A stretch of 63,359 bases of DNA, filler included, from Octopus bimaculoides (taxonomy: Eukaryota), in assembly GCF_001194135.2 (NCBI RefSeq). It is 5 parts of 4 records of this genome, joined end to end, with 100 filler letters (N's around TTAATTAATTAA, not from the genome) between each part and the next. Parts side by side here need not be neighbours in the genome. Positions count along the whole stretch, not along the records: positions 29,032 to 48,448 come from NC_069000.1; positions 48,549 to 51,957 come from NC_068988.1; 3 more parts are not named here. One strand, written 5' to 3'. Made by a program: the position numbers and the translations under genes. The notes beneath the pieces are model-generated. The model saw nothing but the letters and a program-made list of their open reading frames with translations, did not search any database and was not told where the DNA came from. Positions within the stretch are counted from its first letter, which is position 1; every line of letters begins with the position of its first letter. Positions 39,637 to 50,637 of the stretch are shown here, in pieces.

Positions 39637-42600
39637 ATTTAGTCTCAACAGATAAGCAACAAGACAGCTTTTCTTTATAGTATAGTGACACAGAGTATGA
39701 AGGTTAACTACTATAAACTTTTTTTTGCAGAACCGCCATGGCCAGAGAGGTAAAGTGAAGGATAAAAATATTATTAATTAAATTCAACTTTTACGATGAA
39801 AGTAAACAAACAAAGTTTGTTTTTAGAAGCGTTGAGGTGTATCGTAAGATACAGAAATAAATTTAGTTCTCAAACGCGTGATAATGCTAATAAATAGCGT
39901 GATCAGGATAAACTATCCATACATTACAGAAAAATACGTTACTGGCCAGCCATGAGACTCGAACTCACATCTCTGTGATTACACGTCAAGTGTTTTACCA
40001 TTAAACTAAGCTGCCCAGCAACGAATTCTTCTGCAGACGTGTAATCACAGAGATGTGAGTTCGAGTCTCATGGCTGGACGGTAACGTATTTTTCTGCATT
40101 ATATGGATAATTTATCTTGATCACGCTACGTATAGCATTATCACGCGTTTGAGAAATAAATTTATTTCTGTATATTATTAATTAAATGTTATCCCAATGC
40201 AACAGACATCATACGAATGCTTGCAACAGAGGGAACTTGTAGAAGATTGAGAAAATATAGAAGGAGATAAAACAAATAACGACTATGATTGTAATAACTT
40301 GTACTCGGTCGATTTTGACGGTAAGGGTCTCAGTTGATCAGATCAATGGAACAGCCTGCTCGCGAAATTAACGTGCAAGTGGCCGAGTACTATACAGACA
40401 CACATGCCCTTAACGTAGTCCTCAGGGAGGTTCATCGTGACAAGATTGGCCCTTTAAAATACAGGTATAACTCATAAATTTATAAATTTATCAAATTATG
40501 TTAAAATTTTCGATTATGTCACCGACTACCTTCCATAGATAAGATTGTTAATAGCGTAATGCTTTAACACACGTTGTGACGAACAGAATAATTCTATGGA
40601 TATGACGTTGTAAACAATTATGAACATCTTACCATTAGACATTGTCCTTAAACTGAGACTTTGCTCACGAGTGCTTCCATAGACTTGTGAACAATCGATA
40701 AAGCTTGTTTGACTGTTCAATACTTCTTTAGCACCTGTTCAATAAATAAATTACATTCATGTTTAAAGCAAAAGCTGTTACACACACGCACACGCGCTCA
40801 CACAATCACATTTATGGTGGGGCTAACTCCGAATGAAGTCAGAGAAAGACACAGAGAGATTTCATTTAGTAAAGTTACCAAAGTGTGACACATAATACAA
40901 TGATTTACATTGCCTTTATTATACACATTCATTTCTACCATAGACACTAAGTTACATATTCGTGTGATAAGTACTACGATGGATTATATTCACACAATAT
41001 ATGACGTATTTTATTACGTCAACGATGGAGAAATGAAAGGCAAGGCCGACCTCGGCGGGATCCGAACGTAAAAGTACGTACAAGGCATTTAATTCAATTC
41101 TCCATCATCATTTTATCTTAAATCACCATTTCCAATTCGTATTTTGGCATAAAATCGATGATATGTCTTCCATTTGCAAGAGAGGAACTTATTTTATCGA
41201 TCGTACAGAGACAAAAAGCAATGAATTTACTCTAGAGAGATCTGACACTCGGAGTCTTTTTGAGCTAAACCATTCTGCAGAGTTGAACATATCAGTATTA
41301 CAAGTCATATTTAACAGATTTACAATACGAAGTTGATGAATGGGAGGTATGAACTCAGAACATTGTCACACATAAATTAACGTCAGAAATTCAAAAATCT
41401 TCTGCTCTGTTCTTCCAGTAAAGGTAACGTTAACATAGTTGCATTGAAACAAATGTAGAATGAAATAATTTCTCACATTTGGCGCATGAGGCAGTAGATT
41501 TATAAAAAAAAAAGGAGTTTTGTCAATTAAAAGGATCCCAATACATGACAATCACTTCGGTCACTTCAAACACTTCGATCTCGATAATGTGAAAAGCAAA
41601 GTTTCAGCCGGTGCGATTTGAACTTGGAACGTAGCAAAACAAAATTTCGTAACGGGTCCTAATTTTGGCACAAGGACAGTAAGAGTAAATCACCGACCTT
41701 AGTACTTGACCAGTACTTTATTTCCTTAATCCCGAATGAAAAAAGGTAAAACTAACCTCGGTGAGATTTGAATTCAGAACGTAAAGATCAGAAAGAAATG
41801 CTGCGAAACATTTCGTCCGATGCACTTATCGATTTTGCAAGCTCAACGTTTTTGAGATAATATTTAATAACACTAGACATTTACATAATTCAGTTATCGA
41901 CCATTGTTGCTGAATCTGTCACCAGTTTTAATATCACTATATTGTTATTATATGGCTCAAAGGCGTCTTTAATGATTACACCGTATAGCAAACATTCGGA
42001 CCAGGTCTTTCGGAAGTGAAAATGAATTCCTTCTTCTTCCTCTCAGGTTTTGAAAAAAATCACAGACATTTTTCTTCTTCCACTGAGTTATAATTAAAAT
42101 TAAAACAACTAAAAACCAAACAAATAAACAAACAAGCTGAAGATCTTCCCAAAGTTGACCCTTTGCTTGTCCAAAGCATTTTCATAAGTTTGTGCGTAAG
42201 TGTGCATGCTTTCTTTCAGACTTTTAGCTAGCCCTTGTTTCATACGTTTTCAGTAATATAAAGATTTCCTTTCATCATAAGCCCCAGTTACTCTGGCGGT
42301 TGAAAGAAATTGGGGAATGGACGTCTTGGAGATATGTCCTGTCTGTGCACCATGTGTAATACACGTGGCAGGCAAATGGAAGATAAATAGATAAATAAAA
42401 TGAATGAAATGTCACGTTACCAGGTTGACAGTTGAGTGGAGGTGTTGTAAGAGCTCGCGTGAAAGGAAGACAATCTCTATTAAATGCGCCGAAATAAGGG
42501 TCATCATTGGGAAGCAAAATCGGCATGCACTGTTCCCTATAATGTAAATCAAAATACAAAATACATAATTCATCAATCAATAGAATTAGATAAACATGAG

Positions 42601-44794
42601 GGTCATCACTCACGTACGCACACGCGCTTGCGGTAATTGAGCCCAATTAAATCCCGAGCTTAAAATCCGTCAAGGTCATTGTTTCCAGGGTGATGGGTTA
42701 GCGGAATTTGTTTGAACGGAACTCTACCCTAACCCTAACCCTACGTTCTGATGGCAAACTCTGCAAAAGACACAAGTACCAATCTGTATCAGCTTTGTCT
42801 TTCCTTTTGATATTCTCGATGGCGTGGAGATAGGTGAGTTGGCTTGTATGCGTGGGCAACTCCTAGTCTTCCCCAAAACCTTGCTCTGCTACACGAAGGC
42901 CTGCTACTTGGAGAAGCAATTTTCAGGTGTAGATACTCAGGCCGACTATAAAAGAGGCAGACGGCCGTTGATACGCGCGCGCACACACACACATACACAT
43001 GTAAGCAGAAATACACACGTAAGCACATTGTGTCCAAATATAAAGACGTATAAAAGCATTTTTCAAAGAACACAGATTTATATCGTCAGCGTCAGGTATA
43101 GGTGAGTTAATGCATTACCTTTTCTCTTCCGGAGAATTATAAGTTCGTATTTCGACTGTGGCATTGAGATTGAGGGAGAAAATGTCAACTTCTTGGAGCG
43201 AACGTACATGGAAATCAATGAGAACTATGATGTTGGTTTCAATTTTTGGCACAAAGCCAGCAATTTCAGGGGAGGACTACCTCATTGGTACTTATTTAAT
43301 CAAACCCGGAACAATGAAAGGCAATGTTGACCTCAGCAGAATTTGAACACAGAACGTAAAGATATTTTACCCGACAGGTAATAAAGTTCCTCACTTAAAT
43401 GTGAACGTTCTATTAGAACAAACTTAACTGCTGTAGTTACTATGAGAGAAACTCTCATATTTGCTTTCAATGCAAAATTCACTCTTGTTTACATCGACCC
43501 CAGTACTCAACTGGCACTTATATTATCGACTCCGAAAGGATGAAAGGTAAAATCGACCGCCGCAGAATTTGAACTCAGAACGAAAAGACGGACGAAATGC
43601 CGCTAAGCATTTTGCACAGTGTGCTAACGATTTTGCCAACTCACCGACTTGTAGCAGACGATAATTAAAATCTAACAAAAAGTATTAATAACTTACACAT
43701 CTTCAGCAGTACAGCAGTCTAAACCTGAAGAATAAAAAAATATTTGATCAAAATATAATTAAAATAACGCTTTCGACATGATTTCATGATTTTTGGCGGA
43801 AGGTTGTTCTCGATAAAAGTAAACCAAGTATTTGACTGGTACTTCATTTAATCGATCCCAGAAGGATGAAAGGCAATGTTGAGTCCGACAGGATATGAAC
43901 GCAGAAACTTGGTGCTGGTGTGTTTACGTCACTGTAACTTAGCGGTTCCGCAAAAGAGACTGATAGAATAAGTACTAGGCTTTAAAAAATAAGCACTGGG
44001 GTCGATGGGTTCGACTAAAAGTCCGTCAAAGCGGTGCCGAAGTCTAATGACTGAAACAAGTAAAAGATAAAAGATATAAGATATCTATCTATCTATCTTT
44101 ATCATATAGGTAGTTAGGGTAAATCCCAGCTGTTTCCTCTTGAAGCACATTTGCTTATTCTATTTGCGGAAATATTTGTAGAGTTATAATAAAACAAAAT
44201 ATTACTCATGCTCCATTACACGCGTTTCATTTGCTAATAGGAATAAGTCCTGGGGTCGATTTCAAAGACTAAAGGCGATGCTCCAGCATGGCCGCAGTCA
44301 AATGACTGAAACAAGTAAAATAGAGTAAGTACTGACAAGAGATTCTCTATCAAAACTGACTCCAACTCGTCACCGTTGTGAAGCTTTGTAAATATTCAAT
44401 AAAATTTCTACGACATTATTTCTTTAACTAAGCAACACGCGCTCCTTCTTAGACACCCTAGCCTGTTGCAATCTATCAGTTACACTTATACCGTTACGTT
44501 TGGTTACGCTGAACCGTTACATATGTATATTACCGTTTCTAAAAGTGGCGGTGCTTAACATATCATGGTTAAGGAACTGTCCAAAGATCATAGTAAAATG
44601 TGTGACATCCTGACTAAAATCACTGATTCTACTGTTCCGATGCATCACTATAGTAACAGCTCTTGCTTCTGGCAGCGCACCCCCTGTAACACTGGTGTTT
44701 CGAGGAAGGAACAGACCTGCAAGAAAGGGGAAAAGTAAATAAGCATTGATGTGAACCCATTTCAGGCATATTTATTTGATCACAACCTTGGCAT

Positions 44795-44859
<65 letters not shown>

Positions 44860-45116
44860 ATATAGTGCAAGAGCGTGGTTCAGTGGTTAGTGCGCAGTGC
44901 TTATAGTCTTGAGGTTGTAGGTTCAATTCACAGACCGGGCTGTGTGTTGCGTTATTGCGCAAAACACTTTATTTCATGTTGCTGCAGTCCACTCAGCTGT
45001 AGAAATGCGTTGCGACGTCACTGGTATGCGTAGGTAACTGCTGGTCTTCCACAAAACGACCTTGTCTCGGAGGGAAAATTTCTAGGTGCAATCTCTTAGT
45101 CATTCGTGACTGAATA

Positions 45117-45154
<38 letters not shown>

Positions 45155-45945
45155 GAAAGAAGGTTTGAAAATGCAATTTTAAAGGTGTTTATTCACTCGA
45201 GCGGTTTCAATTTTTTAGGAAAAGATTGTCAAAAGTAAAATGCAAAGCTTTGTATAAGCTTTGTTGTGTTAAGTACTGGTTGTCACAAAAGTATTAAAGT
45301 ACATATATACGTTCTTTGATAATCATAAGACAATGTTAAAAACAGTTTACAAGAAAGTATTCAACAAAAAGTATTGGGAGGTCAATAAAAATCATGTTCG
45401 TTTGGAAGTATGTATATACACAGGAGATATATTTAAGAATTTGCAATAAATTGGAGCGGAACCNNNNNNNNNNNNNNNNNNNNNNNNNNNNNNNNNNNNN
45501 NNNNNNNNNNNNNNNNNNNNNNNNNNNNNNNNNNNNNNNNNNNNNNNNNNNNNNNNNNNNNNNNNNNNNNNNNNNNNNNNNNNNNNNNNNNNNNNNNNNN
45601 NNNNNNNNNNNNNNNNNNNNNNNNNNNNNNNNNNNNNNNNNNNNNNNNNNNNNNNNNNNNNNNNNNNNNNNNNNNNNNNNNNNNNNNNNNNNNNNNNNNN
45701 NNNNNNNNNNNNNNNNNNNNNNNNNNNNNNNNNNNNNNNNNNNNNNNNNNNNNNNNNNNNNNNNNNNNNNNNNNNNNNNNNNNNNNNNNNNNNNNNNNNN
45801 NNNNNNNNNNNNNNNNNNNNNNNNNNNNNNNNNNNNNNNNNNNNNATATATGTATATATATGTATATATATGTATGTATATATATGTATATATATATATG
45901 TATATATATGTATATATATATATGTGTGTATATGTATATATATAT

Positions 45946-45992
<47 letters not shown>

Positions 45993-48235
45993 TAGACGCA
46001 GCAGGAGTGGCTGTCTGGTAAGCAGCTGGTTTACCAACCACATACTTCCGAGTTCAGTCCCACTGCGTGGCAGATTGGGCAAATGTCTTTTATCATAGCC
46101 TTCGGTCGACCAAAGCCTTGTGAGTGGATTTGGTAGACGGAAACTGATAAAAGCCCGTCATATATATATGTGTGTATTTGTGTATCTGTGTTTGTCCCCC
46201 CACCCCACCCCACCATCGCTTGACAACCGATGTTGGTGTGTTTACGTCTCTGTAAAATAGCGGTTCGGCCTAAGAAACCGATAAAATAAGTACTAGGCTT
46301 ACAAAGAATAAGTCCTGGGGGCGATCTGCTCGACTAAAGGCGGTGCTTCAGTATGACCGCAGTCAAACGACTGAAAGAAGTAAAAGAATATGCGTCGAAT
46401 GTGTTTGGTATTTTACAGACAAGAAAGCAAATTTCGAACGCAGTATGGTAAAGTCGACCTCGGCGGAATTCAAACTGAGAACATAAGGACGGACGAAACA
46501 CCGCTATGCATTTTGCCAGCTCACCGCCTTTTTTTGCGAAACAGTAATTATTAACAGCGTACCGTCAAAGTATTCTGGAGTTTGAAATCGATTAAACGGC
46601 GTAATCCCTTTTCCCCAATAAGGGTTCTCTAGATTATTACACGACCCATCTGCTGTACGGTAAAGTGAGTCAGGGTCACACGTAATCGGAGTGCTAAAAG
46701 AACAAGTTGCCAATAACATTACTTCAGCATTTGATTGTTCTGTTGTACTGGTTTCCGTTTCATTTTGTCTGCAAAAGAAACAGAAATTGCTTTACAGTAT
46801 TTTAACGTTCTGAGTTCAAATTTCATTGTTTCAAATGTATGAAATGTATGAATGTATGAAAGCCTTACCTTTCATAAATTAGAGGTAAACGAAATAAATA
46901 TCATCCACGTCCTGGGGTTTATATTCTCTACTGCTCCTCATTCACTGATAATTTCTGGTCTTGTACTTTGGTATGAATGGGCATCCAGGACATAACTTTC
47001 TCGAGTTCGAGGACTCATAGGGCCGGTTACCCAGTTTCCACGACATATAAGAGATGAGATCACAATAATTCCCCTGAGCAGGGGAATAATTCCCATTGCA
47101 GAGAGTTACGCATTTACGGCTGAGTGGACTGGAGCAACGTGAAGTGAAATGTTTTGCTCAAAAACACATCGAGGTGCCAGGTCCGGGAGTCGAAACAACG
47201 ATCTTGAGATCGTGTGTGCAACAACATAACCACTAGACCACGCGCCCCCATTGAGATGATGGTTGCAATGCGTCTGTGCACGCGTCTATGCACGCGTCTA
47301 TGCACACTGTTTAGAGTGAACAATAGCCACGCGATATTTAGCCCGACCTTCTATTGATTCTACCTTCATCCACCATGCTAGTATAAATCGATATGGCACT
47401 CCGTAGGTTACAACAAGGGTTCCAGTTCACCCGATCAACGGAACAGCCTGCTCATGAAATTAACGTGCAGGTGGCTGAATACTCCAGACATGTTCTCTTT
47501 ACGTAGTTCTCAGGGAGATTCAGCGTGACAGAGTGTGACAAGGCTGGCCCTTTGAAATACAGGTGCTACCCATTTTTGCCAGCTGAGTGTACTGGAGCAA
47601 TTAGAAATAATGTGTCTTGCTCAGGGACACAACATGTCGCTGGGAATTGAACTCACGACCTTACGATGTGAGCCGACTACCCTAACCACTAAGCCCCGCG
47701 CCTTCATTGACTTGTTATGTCAGTCGAACTTACCTTTCATACTTTAGAGGTCAATAAAATAAATATCAACCACGTTTGGGATTAGTGTATTCAATTTTTC
47801 TTTTTCATTGACAATTTCTGGCCTTGTTCTTATATAAGAAATCGCTATTTTAAGCTACTGACCTTTTGTGCAAACATTACTTTTTGTTGTGTGCTGGTTA
47901 TAAAGTATGTTTGCGGGGACACACTTACACGCATACAGTTTAACAGTAAGAGTGACCAAAAGATATATAGCCCGAACTACTGCTAGTTTTATATCACTCT
48001 CATCCGCCATGCTGGTATATATGATAGATAAAATAAATACACTGAACTGTTATGTCCCTCAAACTGTAAGGACGTGTAGAGATGGAGAAGTTCAAGTGTT
48101 TAAATTACCTAAGTCTCATTTCTTTCATGAGTTGTATTAACTTGGAACCAGATTTTCCAATTTCGTCTTCCATATCACGGTTTCCAAAGAATTTGTTGTG
48201 TTTGCAATGGAAGTAACTTGATGGTCTGATTTTTG
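30964..48235 (-). CDS. Animal heme peroxidase (peroxinectin/chorion-peroxidase/MPO-like) with C-terminal TSP1-like domain; 12 coding exons joined, 5'-incomplete
   Basis: join(48109-48235,46563-46768,44534-44716,43697-43724,42421-42536,40633-40734,37654-37749,35822-36293,34924-35136,33634-33800,32357-32459,30964-31159). All introns GT-AG, phases match, one open frame to TAA. Family motifs: [81 protein letters not shown]. Confidence 0.95.
31330..31860. mobile_element. Unclassified GC-richer interspersed repeat fragment in the last peroxidase intron
   Basis: Composition and CpG content differ from the flanks; resembles a LINE 5' UTR; no ORF. Confidence 0.3.
32357..32459 (-). CDS. Peroxidase exon ([35 protein letters not shown])
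   Basis: catctag acceptor, gtaagt donor; QL..R....RILCDN motif; 103 nt. Confidence 0.93.
33634..33800 (-). CDS. Peroxidase exon ([14 protein letters not shown]...[34 protein letters not shown])
   Basis: gtttcag acceptor, gtaagt donor; 167 nt. Confidence 0.96.
34924..35136 (-). CDS. Peroxidase exon ([11 protein letters not shown]...[19 protein letters not shown]...QRVYS)
   Basis: tctacag acceptor, gtaagt donor; DLxxxNIQRGRD motif; 213 nt. Confidence 0.96.
35390..35750 (-). mobile_element. Internally deleted R4/Dong-type element in a peroxidase intron
   Basis: [21 protein letters not shown] (start of RT) joined to [18 protein letters not shown], followed by a (TAC)n(AAT)n tail. Confidence 0.7.
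35822..36293 (-). CDS. Peroxidase largest exon, with distal Arg and proximal His (GDARANQN...FLREHNRIA...AFRFGHST...AQTTDR)
   Basis: tttacag acceptor, gtaggt donor; 472 nt open; proximal His codon 35974-35976. Confidence 0.97.
36480..36775 (+). mobile_element. RTE-clade LINE 3' fragment in a peroxidase intron
   Basis: GHVIR...RIARR and WSDDIH fragments; shares sequence with 11190-11370 (reverse complement). Confidence 0.55.
37654..37749 (-). CDS. Peroxidase exon ([33 protein letters not shown])
   Basis: cctctag acceptor, gtaagg donor; GLL...LP...C...CF.xG pattern leading into GDxR; 96 nt; absent from ORF track. Confidence 0.92.
38467..38588. repeat. Hairpin element, 53-bp arms (48/53 paired), 16-nt loop
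   Basis: 38467-38519 versus reverse complement of 38536-38588. Confidence 0.92.
38606..39582 (+). mobile_element. 5'-truncated CR1/L2-group LINE (ORF2 C-terminus, 3' UTR, A tail); interrupted by a gap
   Basis: [45 protein letters not shown]. Confidence 0.88.
39849..40173. repeat. Long inverted repeat, about 139-bp arms, 48-nt spacer
   Basis: 39849-39987 is near-perfectly complementary to 40036-40173. Confidence 0.92.
39943..40015 (-). pseudogene. tRNA-Thr(UGU)-like sequence (pseudogene or SINE head) inside a fold-back element
   Basis: GGCAGCT TA GTTT AATGGTA AAAC A CTTGA CGTGTAA TCACAG AGAT GTGAG TTCGAGT CTCAT GGCTGGC CA. D and T arms pair; acceptor mismatch and anticodon-stem insertion. 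Confidence 0.55.
40633..40734 (-). CDS. Peroxidase exon with Ca-binding loop ([35 protein letters not shown])
   Basis: gaacag acceptor, gtaaga donor; TSFxDxSxVYGS motif; 102 nt. Confidence 0.95.
42421..42536 (-). CDS. Peroxidase exon ([39 protein letters not shown])
   Basis: attatag acceptor, gtaacg donor; CxPI..PxxDP..C..F.R motif; 116 nt. Confidence 0.95.
43697..43724 (-). CDS. Peroxidase 28-nt micro-exon ([10 protein letters not shown])
   Basis: ttttttttattcttcag acceptor, gtaagt donor; supplies the conserved CC pair and the phase 1-to-2 shift required between flanking exons. Confidence 0.88.
44534..44716 (-). CDS. Peroxidase exon with distal Gln/His ([21 protein letters not shown]...[21 protein letters not shown])
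   Basis: ttcttgcag acceptor, gtaata donor; 183 nt, phase 1 to 1; PR...LPxAR and GQFLxHD motifs; absent from ORF track. Confidence 0.95.
45995..46388 (+). mobile_element. Bipartite tRNA-headed SINE (family A) with internal (TA)/(GT) microsatellite, full length
   Basis: Head GGAGTGGCTGT.TGGTAAG...GTTCAGTCCC; tail GGCGGTGCTCCAGCATGGCCGCAGTCAAATGACTGAAAC; more than 10 partial copies in the window. Confidence 0.85.
46563..46768 (-). CDS. Peroxidase exon ([22 protein letters not shown]...[17 protein letters not shown]...EYFDG)
   Basis: ttttgcag acceptor, gtacgc donor, YRTxDGxCNN motif; 206 nt, phase 2 to 1. Confidence 0.95.
47392..47702 (-). mobile_element. tRNA-headed SINE, family D
   Basis: Minus strand begins GGCGCGGGGCTTAGTGGTTAG...GAGTTCAATTCC; partial copy at about 40300-40470. 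Confidence 0.7.
48109..48235 (-). CDS. Peroxidase exon, pro-region ([43 protein letters not shown])
   Basis: tttcag acceptor and gtaatt donor. 127 nt, open only in the frame that joins in phase 2 to the next exon. No diagnostic motif, so lower confidence. Confidence 0.7.
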
Positions 48236-48410
48236 CTGAAATGTATATCAAACATACAATTTATATATATTCATGTTTGACGAAATTATGAATCAAATAA
48301 TAAAATCGCTTTTGTTTTTTATGAAAAAAAAAAAAATTAAACTATATCAGTGGTTCCGAATGGGGTCCGCAAAGCTAGTACTGAGGGTCCGTGAACTAAA
48401 TTCAAAATTT

Positions 48411-48448
<38 letters not shown>

Positions 48449-49139
48449 NNNNNNNNNNNNNNNNNNNNNNNNNNNNNNNNNNNNNNNNNNNNTTAATTAA
48501 TTAANNNNNNNNNNNNNNNNNNNNNNNNNNNNNNNNNNNNNNNNNNNNATATACTCATTTACTATTTATATATATATATATATAAACAATAATTCTACGC
48601 GCGTTTCTACAAATCACATGATTTTCACATTAGAGTCCGAATCCTTGAGATGAGTAAGGTATAGTCCGCAGTATCCGTGGCACCCGGTTGATCATCATCA
48701 TTCATTCATTTCATCAGCCGATACTGCATTGTTGAATTAATCTGAGAGGGATGTTCATCCCTCATTGCTAATATGAAGTCCAATCTAACTATGTAGGTAT
48801 TTCTGTGTGTACTTGGTAGGTGGTAGGTGGGGGAGTGGAAGAATAAATGGTAGTAACATGGGGATGGTGGTGTGTGTGGTGGTGCTGGATTTATTTGCTA
48901 TTCATTCTGCAGAATTTTAGGATGGTCATTCATTCAGTAGGTATAAGGACTGCAGTACATTTCTTTGTTCTATTTCATTCAAGACGTGACTCTCCTCAAT
49001 AAATTCTGAACCCAACAGGTGGTCAGCTATTGACGGAATTCATTAATAATACCCTCTTATGGTGACTTTTTCAGTGTTTCTGTTAACATAGTGTGTATCA
49101 ACATTTGTGTTTTGGTTTATTTGTTTGGGTTCCTTCGCT

Positions 49140-49170
<31 letters not shown>

Positions 49171-50540
49171 NNNNNNNNNNNNNNNNNNNNNNNNNNNNNN
49201 NNNNNNNNNNNNNNNNNNNNNNNNNNNNNNNNNNNNNNNNNNNNNNNNNNNNNNNNNNNNNNNNNNNNNNNNNNNNNNNNNNNNNNNNNNNNNNNNNNNN
49301 NNNNNNNNNNNNNNNNNNNNNNNNNNNNNNNNNNNNNNNNNNNNNNNNNNNNNNNNNNNNNNNNNNNNNNNNNNNNNNNNNNNNNNNNNNNNNNNNNNNN
49401 NNNNNNNNNNNNNNNNNNNNNNNNNNNNNNNNNNNNNNNNNNNNNNNNNNNNNNNNNNNNNNNNNNNNNNNNNNNNNNNNNNNNNNNNNNNNNNNNNNNN
49501 NNNNNNNNNNNNNNNNNNNNNNNNNNNNNNNNNNNNNNNNNNNNNNNNNNNNNNNNNNNNNNNNNNNNNNNNNNNNNNNNNNNNNNNNNNNNNNNNNNNN
49601 NNNNNNNNNNNNNNNNNNNNNNNNNNNNNNNNNNNNNNNNNNNNNNNNNNNNNNNNNNNNNNNNNNNNNNNNNNNNNNNNNNNNNNNNNNNNNNNNNNNN
49701 NNNNNNNNNNNNNNNNNNNNNNNNNNNNNNNNNNNNNNNNNNNNNNNNNNNNNNNNNNNNNNNNNNNNNNNNNNNNNNNNNNNNNNNNNNNNNNNNNNNN
49801 NNNNNNNNNNNNNNNNNNNNNNNTGTGTGTGTGTGTGTGTGTGTGTGTGTATGAATCTTATAAACATTCCAGCGAGCATGAATTGTTGTTTTGAGTGGGG
49901 AGGGGAGACCTTAGGTTCTTCCTGCGCATTACATAAAGCTATATATAAAACCCTGTAAATGTTGGGTTGAAAAACCCCTTTGGATAGGAAAATCGAAGGC
50001 TGCTTGCGGCCTTGAGCGCACATCTATACATATACATGCGTATGTATACGCGCACACACACACACAGACACACACATACACATATATATATCTATATATA
50101 TAAAGAGAAAGAGAGAGAGCGAGCGCACAAAATCGTACCGAAATACAGATAAAGAAAGCGCACGAGAGTAATGCGGACAGATAGAGAACCAGAAACAAAA
50201 GCGAAGGGATGAACAGATGCAGAAGGAAGAGAGTGGAAGCAAATAAAGCAAGAGAACGGAGAAAGTGAGAGTGGGAAACAGATATATTGAACGAGAATGT
50301 ACGGGAGAGCGTAAGAGTGTAATATGAAGAGAAAACAGGGAGAAACATTTACACACTCATGTGCACCATATCCTACGCACACAAGCCCACCTGCAAACAC
50401 GTATATGCACAATAACACGCAGAAACAGATGAGACAAAAATAGTATGCAATTGGAACAGGATTGCAAAGATCTGGAATAAAATCTTAAATCTTGAATAGC
50501 ATTTAATCTTTTTTCATGCCTTGATAGACGCATTTCTTAC

Positions 50541-50637
50541 GATGTTTCCTCTCATCTAAAAGTTAACCGAAGGAATAGCTTGTACTAAGCCGTAACAACA
50601 ACAACAACAACAAAGTCAATAGCTGGAAGCAAGACAT
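50541..50637 (-). CDS. Candidate first exon of the peroxidase (signal-peptide-like MSCFQLLTLLLLLLLRLSTSYSF)
   Basis: ATG at 50637 followed by a hydrophobic run. Phase-1 donors at 50567 (gttaac, weak) or 50540 (gtaaga, strong but after an in-frame TAA). The Leu run is a (TTG)n microsatellite, so this may be chance. Confidence 0.3.

Noticed and set aside
42725-42743. (CCCTAA)n telomere-like motif (also GGGTTAGGG near 20623)
   Set aside because: Only 2-3 units; compatible with chance or a repeat fragment.
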